Assembly (NCBI GenBank): GCA_041287245.1 | Contig: JBEULP010000039.1 | Span: forward strand, 17,608 to 81,607 | Length of the DNA: 64,000 nt | Direction: 5' to 3' | Origin: Infirmifilum sp. | Lineage (GTDB): Archaea; Thermoproteota; Thermoprotei; Thermofilales; Thermofilaceae | Shown: positions 30,337 through 38,712 of the stretch, in pieces | How the letters are laid out: each line of letters starts with the position of its first letter | Numbering within the stretch: the stretch's first letter is position 1 | The notes under the pieces: generated by a model | What the model saw: the letters and a program-made list of their open reading frames with translations, nothing else | Told to the model about the DNA's origin: nothing | Database searches by the model: none | Program-made: the position numbers and the translations under genes

Positions 30337-30586
30337 AGCTAAGTTGCGTGCAGATTATTCGTTGTAATCTACTTATAGCAAACTTGACGTCCTCCTCGCT
30401 AACCGTCTTTCTTGCAGCGTGTTTGGAGGCGTCTACCGCCTCACGTGCTATCTCCCTGGCAATTTTCTCTAAGAAATCTCGGAGTAATATGACAGCGTCC
30501 TCGCTTACTCTCTCAGCCCCCTGCTGGTGAAGAATCCTGTCGATTGGTGCCAAAGGTATCTCGAATTCTTTTTTCTTTACAGGCAT
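30326..30586 (-). CDS. Archaeal histone (HMfA/B-like)
   Basis: EIPLAPIDRIL..QGAERVSEDA...ASKHAARKTVSEEDVKFA histone-fold signature. Confidence 0.95.
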   Translation of the reverse strand: MPVKKKEFEIPLAPIDRILHQQGAERVSEDAVILLRDFLEKIAREIAREAVDASKHAARKTVSEEDVKFAISRLQRIICTQLSSNL

Positions 30587-30737
30587 AATATATTCCTAGC
30601 TGATATATTACAAACACGTATTAAAATCTTTTTTCTCTGTTGCGTTTCAAAGAGATTCTATACCTGTTTCGCATGTGTCCATTGGCTAGCAAAAATCTAT
30701 TTAAGGCAGTTGTATACGAGGAAGCTGGGATTATAAC

Positions 30738-31007
30738 ATGGGGAATGTTAGAACGAAGCTGGTGAAGAGAACTGCAAAAATGCTTGCAGAAAAGTTTTCC
30801 GACTATTTCACAGCCGATTTCGACGTAAATAAGAAAAAAATAACTGAGCTCGCAGACGTTCCATCAAAACGCCTGCGCAACCAGATCGCAGGGTACGTTA
30901 CACGCCAGATAAAACGCAAGAAAATGATTGAAGCCCAACTGAGCTTGAGACAAGAAATAACCACAACAGACGAGGAGGAATATATTCGGCAGATCGAGGG
31001 AGTCTAA
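30738..31007 (+). CDS. rps17e: 30S ribosomal protein S17e
   Basis: MGNVRTKLVKR, FT.DF..NK, SKRLRNQIAGYVT. Confidence 0.98.
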   Translation: MGNVRTKLVKRTAKMLAEKFSDYFTADFDVNKKKITELADVPSKRLRNQIAGYVTRQIKRKKMIEAQLSLRQEITTTDEEEYIRQIEGV

Positions 31008-31020
31008 TCTCAACGTGTGC

Positions 31021-31034
31021 GAAATATTTTATAA
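31021..31034 (+). promoter_or_regulatory. BRE/TATA promoter of tRNA-Leu
   Basis: GAAATA followed by TTTTATAA (31027-31034), 25 bp before the tRNA 5' end. Confidence 0.7.
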
Positions 31035-31058
31035 GGTTTCCCACACTTTTACATCTGA

Positions 31059-31161
31059 GCGGGGGTGCCCGAGCTAGGACAAAGGGGGCGGACTTAGGAT
31101 CTAATAAGGATAAGAGCTCCGCTGGCGTCGGCCTGCCCGGGTTCGAATCCCGGCCCCCGCA
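31059..31161 (+). tRNA. tRNA-Leu(TAG) with 18-nt canonical intron (37/38)
   Basis: Acceptor GCGGGGG/CCCCCGC-A, anticodon TAG 31095-31097, long variable arm, GGTTCGAATCC; intron 31099-31116 forms a BHB motif (CTTA/TAAG central helix); CCA not encoded. Confidence 0.95.
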
Positions 31162-31333
31162 CTAACGTTGGAGGTCAACCATAGTTTAACCTAGAAGCTT
31201 TTTCACGTGATCTAGCTTCGCGCGCAGGAGCTTTCACTCCTTCATATAATCCCCATCATAAATTGTTGGGCGCGCGAAAATCCCGGGGAAATATTTAAAT
31301 TACCTTCCAGGTCTATCTCACTGGGTTGGTTGG

Positions 31334-31639
31334 ATGAGACACTCTCACGGGTATAGAAGCCGCGGTAGAAAAGTGTTTAGGAATCTGCCCAGGTTTCGAG
31401 GATACAGAGGATTAAGCAGGCTTATGCACGAGTACAAGGTAGGAGACCTTGTTATCATTGATGCTAACCCAACGTTTATTGAAACCGCGCCTCACAGGAG
31501 ATATCATGGAAGGGTTGGGAAGATAGTGGAGCAGAGGGGTAGGGCATACGTTATCGAGATACGAGTCGGAGGTAAAATCAAAAAGATTATCACGACACCC
31601 GAGCACATAGTTCCTCACCAACAGATTTCACTGTCGTAG
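31334..31639 (+). CDS. rpl21e: 50S ribosomal protein L21e
   Basis: SHGYRSR.R, YKVGD.V.I, PHRRYHGRVG, RGRAY, PEHI. Confidence 0.97.
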   Translation: MRHSHGYRSRGRKVFRNLPRFRGYRGLSRLMHEYKVGDLVIIDANPTFIETAPHRRYHGRVGKIVEQRGRAYVIEIRVGGKIKKIITTPEHIVPHQQISLS

Positions 31640-31659
31640 AAACCCGCCGGCGCGAAGTG

Positions 31660-32952
31660 CTAGTCGATGTCTAAGACATCCAGCTCTATTGTCTCAACGC
31701 TTTTTCCTAGGATGCTGGAGATGCTTGGATTTGTTCGGCCATTGTCTCCATGAATAAACTCCTTTATATAAAATCCGCCCTGTGCTTCAATTATTAACTC
31801 AACTTCCCTCTCTGATACTCGCTTAGCCTCAACTCTATAAACAGTTTTATGTCTCAGTCTGTCAGCCCTACGGTGTAACACCCTTATAGGAGTCTTCTGC
31901 TCAACGGTGACACCTTTAAACGTGCTGTTTATCTTCTCGATGTCCTCATCCGAGATGGGTTGCGAGAAAACCACCCTAGCTTTATACGTTTTTCGCGCAA
32001 TCTCAGCTAAACTTTTCAGGGTTTTTATGCTCTTACGGTCACAGTACTGAAGGTTTATAACTTCAACCAAGCCGGCTGCCCGCGTGTTGATTATTTTCTC
32101 GAGCTCGTCTAGCACGATTTTACGCTTTTTTGGTCTTCTAAGCTCAAGTACGAACGGTCTACCCTTTCCGAGAGTTCTGACGTCGATGTCTTCGCGTCCT
32201 CCTGCGTGGAATTTCGCGTCATAGGCTTCGAACAGCTCAACAGCTGGCCTCGCGATAAGCTCTTCAATGGAAGTGCTATACTTTATTCTTTCATCTGTGT
32301 AAGGCCAGGGGTTCTGGGGAAGACCCCTCACAAGCTTCCTATACCTCCCACAAATAAACACGGGCTGTGGAATAATCTCTATCCTATTGTTTTCGAGGTC
32401 AAGTATAACAAGCATATCAGGGTTGTCTGCTTTATACTCTTTTCCAGTAATCTTGGAGAATATCTTTCCAACCTCTCTGCTTATTTCATTCTTTAGGGAC
32501 TCAGCATCCCTCAGCCCGAAGCGGCGCCACACTTCCTCCTCCTTTCTTAGTATTTCATAGGGTAGTCTAATCCCAAACTGGAAAGTGTTAAACTCGTAAC
32601 TTGATGCAAGCTGGGCAGAGCTAGACGCTAGCTCCGCGTATTTTGCGGTTAAACCTCCACATATATAGCAAGTCTCAGAGCTCGTCGTCGCCCTTCCAAG
32701 TCCTAGGAGGACAGTGCGGGCAGGCTCATACCCACTGGCACTTAAAGCTTGGAGAAGCTGCTCGTCGAACTCTCGGGGCGTACTTTTAAACGCTTCAAGG
32801 AAAAGTACTGTCTTAATAGCTTTCCCTCGCTCAGCATTGCTCAAACCGTATCCTCTTAAACCGAAGAGACGTCCTAGACACGCGTCACAAAGGATGTAAC
32901 CGCTCTCGAGAACCTCCTTTGAAAGCTCCACAATCATACTAACCAGCACCAA
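31660..32952 (-). CDS. pus10: tRNA pseudouridine(54/55) synthase Pus10
   Basis: LCDACLGRLF, FHAGGREDIDVRTLG.GRPF, QKTPIRVLHRR, GGFYIKEFIHGDNGRT.PS. Confidence 0.96.
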   Translation of the reverse strand: MVLVSMIVELSKEVLESGYILCDACLGRLFGLRGYGLSNAERGKAIKTVLFLEAFKSTPREFDEQLLQALSASGYEPARTVLLGLGRATTSSETCYICGGLTAKYAELASSSAQLASSYEFNTFQFGIRLPYEILRKEEEVWRRFGLRDAESLKNEISREVGKIFSKITGKEYKADNPDMLVILDLENNRIEIIPQPVFICGRYRKLVRGLPQNPWPYTDERIKYSTSIEELIARPAVELFEAYDAKFHAGGREDIDVRTLGKGRPFVLELRRPKKRKIVLDELEKIINTRAAGLVEVINLQYCDRKSIKTLKSLAEIARKTYKARVVFSQPISDEDIEKINSTFKGVTVEQKTPIRVLHRRADRLRHKTVYRVEAKRVSEREVELIIEAQGGFYIKEFIHGDNGRTNPSISSILGKSVETIELDVLDID

Positions 32953-32966
32953 GTTTTCACGAGCTT

Positions 32967-33605
32967 TTAAAAACTCTGCCTAAACCTTTCTCTTCCTCTA
33001 TCATAACCCGGTGAAAAACGCGGGGAGGGGCCGAACGGGGGGTTTACAAAGAGATAATGTATTTGTGGCTCGCTAAGCTCTTCCAGTATCCTGTTAACAA
33101 TTAGCTCTACCGGCTTAATCCCCGTTCTCTTCTCTATCTCCTCGAAGGACTCGAAAGGCTTCTTACTCCTCTCTTCCAGGATTTTCCACAAGGTTTTCTT
33201 TCCAATACCTTTGAGGAGCTCTAGCTCGTGGGCTTTTTTAGATAAGGGCTGTGCCTTGTTAAAAAACTCTACGAATTTTTTCTCACGAGTTACCACGATA
33301 TTCGTAACAATGTCTCTCAAAATCGACTTTGCGTTCCCCGTTAAATCTTCGTACCTGATAACTCTTAGGAACTGTACAAGCCCCGACTCAACCCCCGCGG
33401 TCAAGTCTGTCTTCTCACCCACCAGAAACTGAGATAATACGTTTTCCTTAGGTCTCAACTCTAAGAGTAAGAGCTTCTCTTCTCCAATCCCCTGGATAAG
33501 AGGATGAGTAATGTGGCGAATAGGGTCACCGTAGGGAGACACATCCAACACATAGATAACCATCTCAGGAGGCTTAGAAAATCTACGGAAATCTCGCCTC
33601 GACAT
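32967..33605 (-). CDS. DUF655 family putative RNA-binding protein
   Basis: YVLD, QGIGE..LLLLEL, FVEFFNKAQP, H.LELL.GIGKK, FESFEEI. Confidence 0.9.
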   Translation of the reverse strand: MSRRDFRRFSKPPEMVIYVLDVSPYGDPIRHITHPLIQGIGEEKLLLLELRPKENVLSQFLVGEKTDLTAGVESGLVQFLRVIRYEDLTGNAKSILRDIVTNIVVTREKKFVEFFNKAQPLSKKAHELELLKGIGKKTLWKILEERSKKPFESFEEIEKRTGIKPVELIVNRILEELSEPQIHYLFVNPPFGPSPRFSPGYDRGRERFRQSF

Positions 33606-33633
33606 TAATTAACACCAGTCAACCTACGAGAAA

Positions 33634-33975
33634 CTATTCACTGCTCACTACATCTATGATTTTTCTGTAATCCTCGTCAGAAAATACCTTGTTCAAGGGT
33701 AAGAGGATAAGGCGTACCTCCGCCGGATCCTGGGGCTTCACATTTACAAGTTGCACAGCAGTATCTTCAGGCAGATCAAACTCCTTCATAAGTCTCTCAA
33801 CAATAGCTCTTGCGCGAGCCGGATCCTGGATCTTAGCAAACTTCCTCGCATATTCCAGCGTGTACCTCTCAATACCTGAAAGCTCCCTGCTTTTCTCAAT
33901 CGTTTCCAGAGTCTCTCGAAGCTCCGCAATAGTTAAGCTTTTCTCACCGAGGATCTTTGGCAATGTTAATAGCAC
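33634..33975 (-). CDS. rpoF: DNA-directed RNA polymerase subunit Rpo4 (F)
   Basis: LEYARKFAK, AVQLVN..P....EVRLIL; adjacent to DUF655. Confidence 0.92.
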   Translation of the reverse strand: MLLTLPKILGEKSLTIAELRETLETIEKSRELSGIERYTLEYARKFAKIQDPARARAIVERLMKEFDLPEDTAVQLVNVKPQDPAEVRLILLPLNKVFSDEDYRKIIDVVSSE

Positions 33976-34169
33976 CTATTTTTCTCTTTTTAAAACCAAT
34001 TAATAACTTTTTGCCCCACCTCCCTCTAACTTTTCCCGCACAACCACGAACAAAACTTAGATATATCACTAGAAATCAACGAAGCTCATTAATGCCTTAT
34101 GGACAAATACGCCTTGAATCTCACTAAAGGTTTATAACCCCCAATCCTCTTTCTATTCACATTAACCGT

Positions 34170-34294
34170 GCCGGGGTAGCTCAGCCAGGTGGAGCGCCCG
34201 GCTGTTAACCGGGCACACGCCGCGTTCGCGCGGCGTGCTGGACGGTCCCGGGTTCGAATCGCGTAGTATACGCGCGAAAGTCCCGGCCCCGGCG
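34170..34294 (+). tRNA. tRNA-Asn(GTT) with two non-canonical introns (44/45 and 59/60)
   Basis: Acceptor GCCGGGG/CCCCGGC-G, anticodon GTT 34204-34206; removing 34215-34243 (29 nt) and 34259-34280 (22 nt) gives a standard cloverleaf; TTTATAA upstream at 34131. Confidence 0.93.
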
Positions 34295-34425
34295 CTACTT
34301 TTACTTCTATGGATCACCCAGGGGCGGGGGTCTGTAGGTTTGATTTAATATCATCGTAATACCGTTGTCCTGTTTGCGATTGTATTTGAAGCTTAATTTT
34401 GTCTGCTTGTCAGAATGATAGATGA

Positions 34426-36333
34426 ATGTGCATGAGAAGGGTAGTTGTATCCATCATGGTAGTATTGTTGGTAGCTAGCCTATTAGCAACCCTCTACGCG
34501 GAACAATCAAGCGTAATATTTTTCGCTAGAGTGGACTATCTCCTCAGAACTGAGGAGAACGTCGAGCTGGACTTTGGGAGCAAGAGCGTTATAACGCTTT
34601 CAAGTTATGCTGCTCCTCCAGGTTTTGTCCTCGACTCCTTTACGGTTGTATTTGATGGAAATGTACCTTCACAGCTTGTTCCTATCATGTACGACAAGGT
34701 TAGCAAGAACATGGATGTTTTGACTTCAGTTACTTCGTATGGAGGGGAAATCTCGATTGGCAGTAACGGCTATAATGGAACTGTAAAGGCCAGAGTGATA
34801 ACAGTTTTCCGGAAAACCGTCTGGGTTCCGCTCCAAGAGAATATCACTATAGACACAGGAGAGTTCAAGGATACAGGACTCAAACTCGTCGTTAGGGTCA
34901 CGATAGACAATTATGCCCCATATGCTGTTAAGTCAGTAATCGATCCTTCGGGCAACGAGCTTACTAATGTGGACAACCAGGCAATACTGCCTCCAGGGGC
35001 TTTTAAGGTCGACCCCAAGCATGTAGAAATAGAGGCGTCGTCAATCGGCTTCGGAAAGTACACCATAAGCTTCGCGGTGGGAGACGAGCAAAAGCTTCCG
35101 AATAGCTTCCTTGTAGTGGAGGACCGCTACACGGAAATCACAATACCGGCAAAAACTACAAAGAACTTTATGCTTAAAAGCAAGGCTGGGTGGAATACCC
35201 TTGGCTTCATAGTTGTGCTTTACTCAGTGACTCCAGGTCCCCTCTCCAAGAACGTTAAGGTGCAGGGTGGACTTGTTGATCTTGCCTTCGAGAGGGCAGA
35301 ACAGTTTGAGGTCAGAGGAGCCTCCCTCTTGATTCCTCCTCTCCTCATGAACTACTGGATAAAGGCATTCCTTGTATATGGGAGTACAGCCACGGTAGTC
35401 AACGGTGAAGGCCACGATATTCAGGGAATTATAATTCCTGTATACTACAAGGAAATCGGTTCGTGGACTCCAAAAGGATTAATAGCGACAATATCCAAGA
35501 AAGACGTTGCCGATGCATACGCAGCTTATCTAGTGGTTCAGGTACCCTCTATCGCTACGATAACTTCGATCACAGTTCCAGGCGGTGTTAAGCTTGAGGG
35601 TGTCGAGAACTACACTTCAAGCTGGCTTGGAACCTGGCGTAGCGCTGTCATTGAAAGGAATGAGGCAACTGTACAGGTAAAGAACGGTGACAGTATAGAA
35701 GAAGGGGACTATATCTTCGCTATATCATGGAAGCCGATAAACATAGTGTTTAACGACCCCAAGGGCAACCCAGTGCCGGGCGTCCAAGTATCAGTTACTG
35801 GACCCCAGAACATCGGGACGGTAAGCGGTGTAGATGGAAAGGCGGTCATCAATGTGTATACCCCCGGCGTATACACTGTAAAAGCTACCTTCAAGGGAGT
35901 AGTTGTTAGCGCCTTCACGATAGGAACATTACGGGATACAGACTTCAACGTCGAGTGCAAAGTGTACAAGCTGACCGTAAACGCCAAGACCGCGATAGGC
36001 TCTCCATTAGGTGGTGCCTCCGTCACTATTACTAATGGAAACTATACCCAGACCTTGGAAACAGACTCGACAGGCACTGCCGTGTTTACACAGCTACCTT
36101 CAGACACCTACACAGTTACCGTACAATACAAGAGGATATCCACATCCACTAAGGTTACCCTCGACGGTGACAAGAGCATAGACGTTAACACTGGGATATT
36201 GTTTGACCTTCCATTCATAGGTCCGGTAACTACTGTTGAGGTAGCGGCGGTCTCTGCGGCAGCTGCAGTTACTTCGGCACTGTTCTTCAGACCAAGGAAG
36301 GAGGAGGACGTGGCAGAGATAGAGATCAGCTGA
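34426..36333 (+). CDS. Secreted, membrane-anchored beta-rich surface protein with carboxypeptidase-regulatory-like domains
   Basis: Signal peptide MRRVVVSIMVVLLVASLLATLYA; two repeats (DPKGNPVPGVQV / AIGSPLGGASV); C-terminal hydrophobic helix followed by RPRK. Confidence 0.8.
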   Translation: MCMRRVVVSIMVVLLVASLLATLYAEQSSVIFFARVDYLLRTEENVELDFGSKSVITLSSYAAPPGFVLDSFTVVFDGNVPSQLVPIMYDKVSKNMDVLTSVTSYGGEISIGSNGYNGTVKARVITVFRKTVWVPLQENITIDTGEFKDTGLKLVVRVTIDNYAPYAVKSVIDPSGNELTNVDNQAILPPGAFKVDPKHVEIEASSIGFGKYTISFAVGDEQKLPNSFLVVEDRYTEITIPAKTTKNFMLKSKAGWNTLGFIVVLYSVTPGPLSKNVKVQGGLVDLAFERAEQFEVRGASLLIPPLLMNYWIKAFLVYGSTATVVNGEGHDIQGIIIPVYYKEIGSWTPKGLIATISKKDVADAYAAYLVVQVPSIATITSITVPGGVKLEGVENYTSSWLGTWRSAVIERNEATVQVKNGDSIEEGDYIFAISWKPINIVFNDPKGNPVPGVQVSVTGPQNIGTVSGVDGKAVINVYTPGVYTVKATFKGVVVSAFTIGTLRDTDFNVECKVYKLTVNAKTAIGSPLGGASVTITNGNYTQTLETDSTGTAVFTQLPSDTYTVTVQYKRISTSTKVTLDGDKSIDVNTGILFDLPFIGPVTTVEVAAVSAAAAVTSALFFRPRKEEDVAEIEIS

Positions 36334-36348
36334 CGGCCGGAGAATAAA

Positions 36349-37611
36349 ATGAGAAACAATACAGGAAGATGTAAATTGTTTTTTCTTCCTTTGATGTGTT
36401 TAAGCCCAAATTTTTCGTATAGGGATTTTCTATCATATCTAAAGCAAATGGGTTATGATCCTTTAGATATACATGGGGAAACAACTATAGTTTTTGAAGA
36501 AGGCAACAGGATTAGAATAGCCTATCTTGACGGAATCGTACAGGCTTGTTCCGATAGTGAGGAGCCTCTTGAAAAGATAAGGAAGAGAATAATAACCTAT
36601 TTTCTCGCCGAGTGCCGTGGAGACCCCGAGGTCGTATTGTTACTAACAGACGGCAAACAGCTGGAAGCCTATCCAGATGATAGCTTAGCATCAAAGCTTC
36701 ACCAAAAGCTACGAGGAGCTTTTTCATTACTGATTGTTTTACTCTCTTTTATCGCTCCAATCCTATGGAGCTTATACAATCCAGGCTACTTGGTTTTCGC
36801 TTCACTGGCAAGTATCTTTTTACTATTCGCGTTTCTCCTATTCTCTCCCTTTTTTAAGTTAGCACCTAATTGTATCCGTATTCCCGATGATGCCCGAAGG
36901 GTCTTCCTAGTAAGGGTTGCAACCGAGGATCTCTCTGACAGTGATCTTATACTTTTCGGGGTGGTTAAACACCTAGTTATAAAAAACATTAGAGGACTAG
37001 ATAATGATAAATTAAAAAATATCCTAGACGAGGTTGGCATTAAATATTCGAAAGTTTTGATAGAAGAACTCAATCTCCAGGATATTCTTAAAAGGTTAAC
37101 GATGAGTTTCAAGGTAAAAACCAAGCTATGTCTTGTCCCCTCTCCTAAGAGGAACGCCTTTACAGTAGGTCTCGTTCCCCGGTGGTCTCGAATATACGTT
37201 ACGGTGGGGCTTCTCCTTGACCTTAGCCAACAAGAGTTTGAAGCTGTTCTTGCTCACGAGTTTGCCCACATAAAGAGGCACGACCTTTTAAGAGTCTTTA
37301 CAATGCTAGGAGCCGAGTACATCACTAGAACCTTCCTTTTGTCATTATTTTATATTCCGCTACCGCTCCTTCTCTCATATTTTCTAATTTATACTTATGC
37401 CGTTGCCAATTTTTTACAGAGATTAGAGTATAATGCAGACAAAGAGGCATGTAAGAAAAAATACGACAGAAGTCTACTACGAGCACTCATAAAACTGGAG
37501 TTTCCTGCTCTCATGAGAAGCGAAAAACTCAGTGAAAGACTAAAAGGAAGAGTTTTACCATCCTCTCATCCACCACCGTTCAATAGAATCATGGCTCTCC
37601 TGCAGGCCTGA
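36349..37611 (+). CDS. M48 (HtpX-like) membrane zinc metalloprotease with N-terminal extension
   Basis: NAFTVG, EAVLAHEFAH (HExxH), EYNAD, SHPP...RI; hydrophobic segments. Confidence 0.88.
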   Translation: MRNNTGRCKLFFLPLMCLSPNFSYRDFLSYLKQMGYDPLDIHGETTIVFEEGNRIRIAYLDGIVQACSDSEEPLEKIRKRIITYFLAECRGDPEVVLLLTDGKQLEAYPDDSLASKLHQKLRGAFSLLIVLLSFIAPILWSLYNPGYLVFASLASIFLLFAFLLFSPFFKLAPNCIRIPDDARRVFLVRVATEDLSDSDLILFGVVKHLVIKNIRGLDNDKLKNILDEVGIKYSKVLIEELNLQDILKRLTMSFKVKTKLCLVPSPKRNAFTVGLVPRWSRIYVTVGLLLDLSQQEFEAVLAHEFAHIKRHDLLRVFTMLGAEYITRTFLLSLFYIPLPLLLSYFLIYTYAVANFLQRLEYNADKEACKKKYDRSLLRALIKLEFPALMRSEKLSERLKGRVLPSSHPPPFNRIMALLQA

Positions 37612-37649
37612 GCTCTCTAGTAATTCGGCGGTACTACAAAAGTAAAAAG

Positions 37650-38048
37650 GTGAGTATTCGTTTTACGAGTATTGAAGGGGTATTTTTCCAGGGTTCGCTA
37701 TTATCACGTTGTATGCGTACCCAAGTTATGAAGGCTTTGGAAATAGTTGAAGACCTGCTGACTAGCGAGGATCTCGGGGAGGAACACAGGAAGGCACTTC
37801 TACAGGTTCAAAGACACCTCTTAGAGGCTTTAGACAATGTTGTAGAGGTTAAAAGCAAGGTACGAGACATTACATACACACTCCAAGAGCTTGCTGACAC
37901 ATTAGGCTTAGAGGTTAAGCTTTCCTCTCCAAGGCTGATCCTTGAAGAGGAGGATGTCCTTAAAACAATCAGTGAGAGCACCCTTGCAGACATCGAGATT
38001 GAAGGGGAGAAGGCGATAGTCAGGAAATTGGTTGCAGCACAACATTAA
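37650..38048 (+). CDS. Hypothetical protein
   Basis: Helical, acidic ORF; start likely at 37713 or 37728. Confidence 0.6.
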   Translation: MSIRFTSIEGVFFQGSLLSRCMRTQVMKALEIVEDLLTSEDLGEEHRKALLQVQRHLLEALDNVVEVKSKVRDITYTLQELADTLGLEVKLSSPRLILEEEDVLKTISESTLADIEIEGEKAIVRKLVAAQH

Positions 38049-38712
38049 AAAACACGGCGACGTGGTAGACACAGTGGGATCCTTGTCGCATAGAAAAAAG
38101 CTTCCATCTCAGACGCACGGTGATCCTGTAGAGGCAGAGTTCCGGAGAAAGAAGAGAAATGCTTTTATCGTAGGCATAGTTTTATCTCTAGCACCTGTAC
38201 CCATGGCTATCATATCGTTATTTGTTCAAAATACTTCCCCAGTTATTGAGATACTGTCGATCTCGCTGGTTGGGGCAGGTTTAATTTACTTTAACTACCA
38301 GCTACAAGAAGCGTATAGCTACAAACTCTTTCTACGTGTAAAAGCACTCTTAGAATCCAGGCTAGAAACGCAGCCGCCTCCTGCTACCCAGCAAATAGTT
38401 GCCGCTCCTACCGCGAGATCGCAAAGAGCCGCGAGACCACCTTCAGCTGTTGTTGCGCAACCGCCCCTAACCAGGCAGCAGCAAGCCTTTGTACAACGGC
38501 CAGCAGCTACCCAACCTGTTATGCAGCCGCCACCCCGAGAAGAGCCACCATTACTCACGCCTGGAAGGGTCCAGTCCAGACCGTTTGAGGGAAATATTAG
38601 GCCGCCACAGGCTCCCGGGAGTTCAGGAAAAGTCTGTCCTAACTGTGGACGTGAACTGCCTTATGGTGACCTTCATCTAATCTGCCCTTACTGTGGCGCG
38701 CCCCTTAAATAG
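38032..38712 (+). CDS. Membrane protein with Pro/Gln-rich linker and C-terminal zinc ribbon
   Basis: Two TM helices, low-complexity P/Q/A segment, CPNCG-x11-CPYCG. Confidence 0.8.
   Translation: MQHNIKKHGDVVDTVGSLSHRKKLPSQTHGDPVEAEFRRKKRNAFIVGIVLSLAPVPMAIISLFVQNTSPVIEILSISLVGAGLIYFNYQLQEAYSYKLFLRVKALLESRLETQPPPATQQIVAAPTARSQRAARPPSAVVAQPPLTRQQQAFVQRPAATQPVMQPPPREEPPLLTPGRVQSRPFEGNIRPPQAPGSSGKVCPNCGRELPYGDLHLICPYCGAPLK

Noticed and set aside
31200..31265. Minus-strand ATGATGG plus GGAGTGAAAGCTCC hairpin as a possible sRNA
   Set aside because: Box elements are degenerate and the spacing does not fit a C/D RNA
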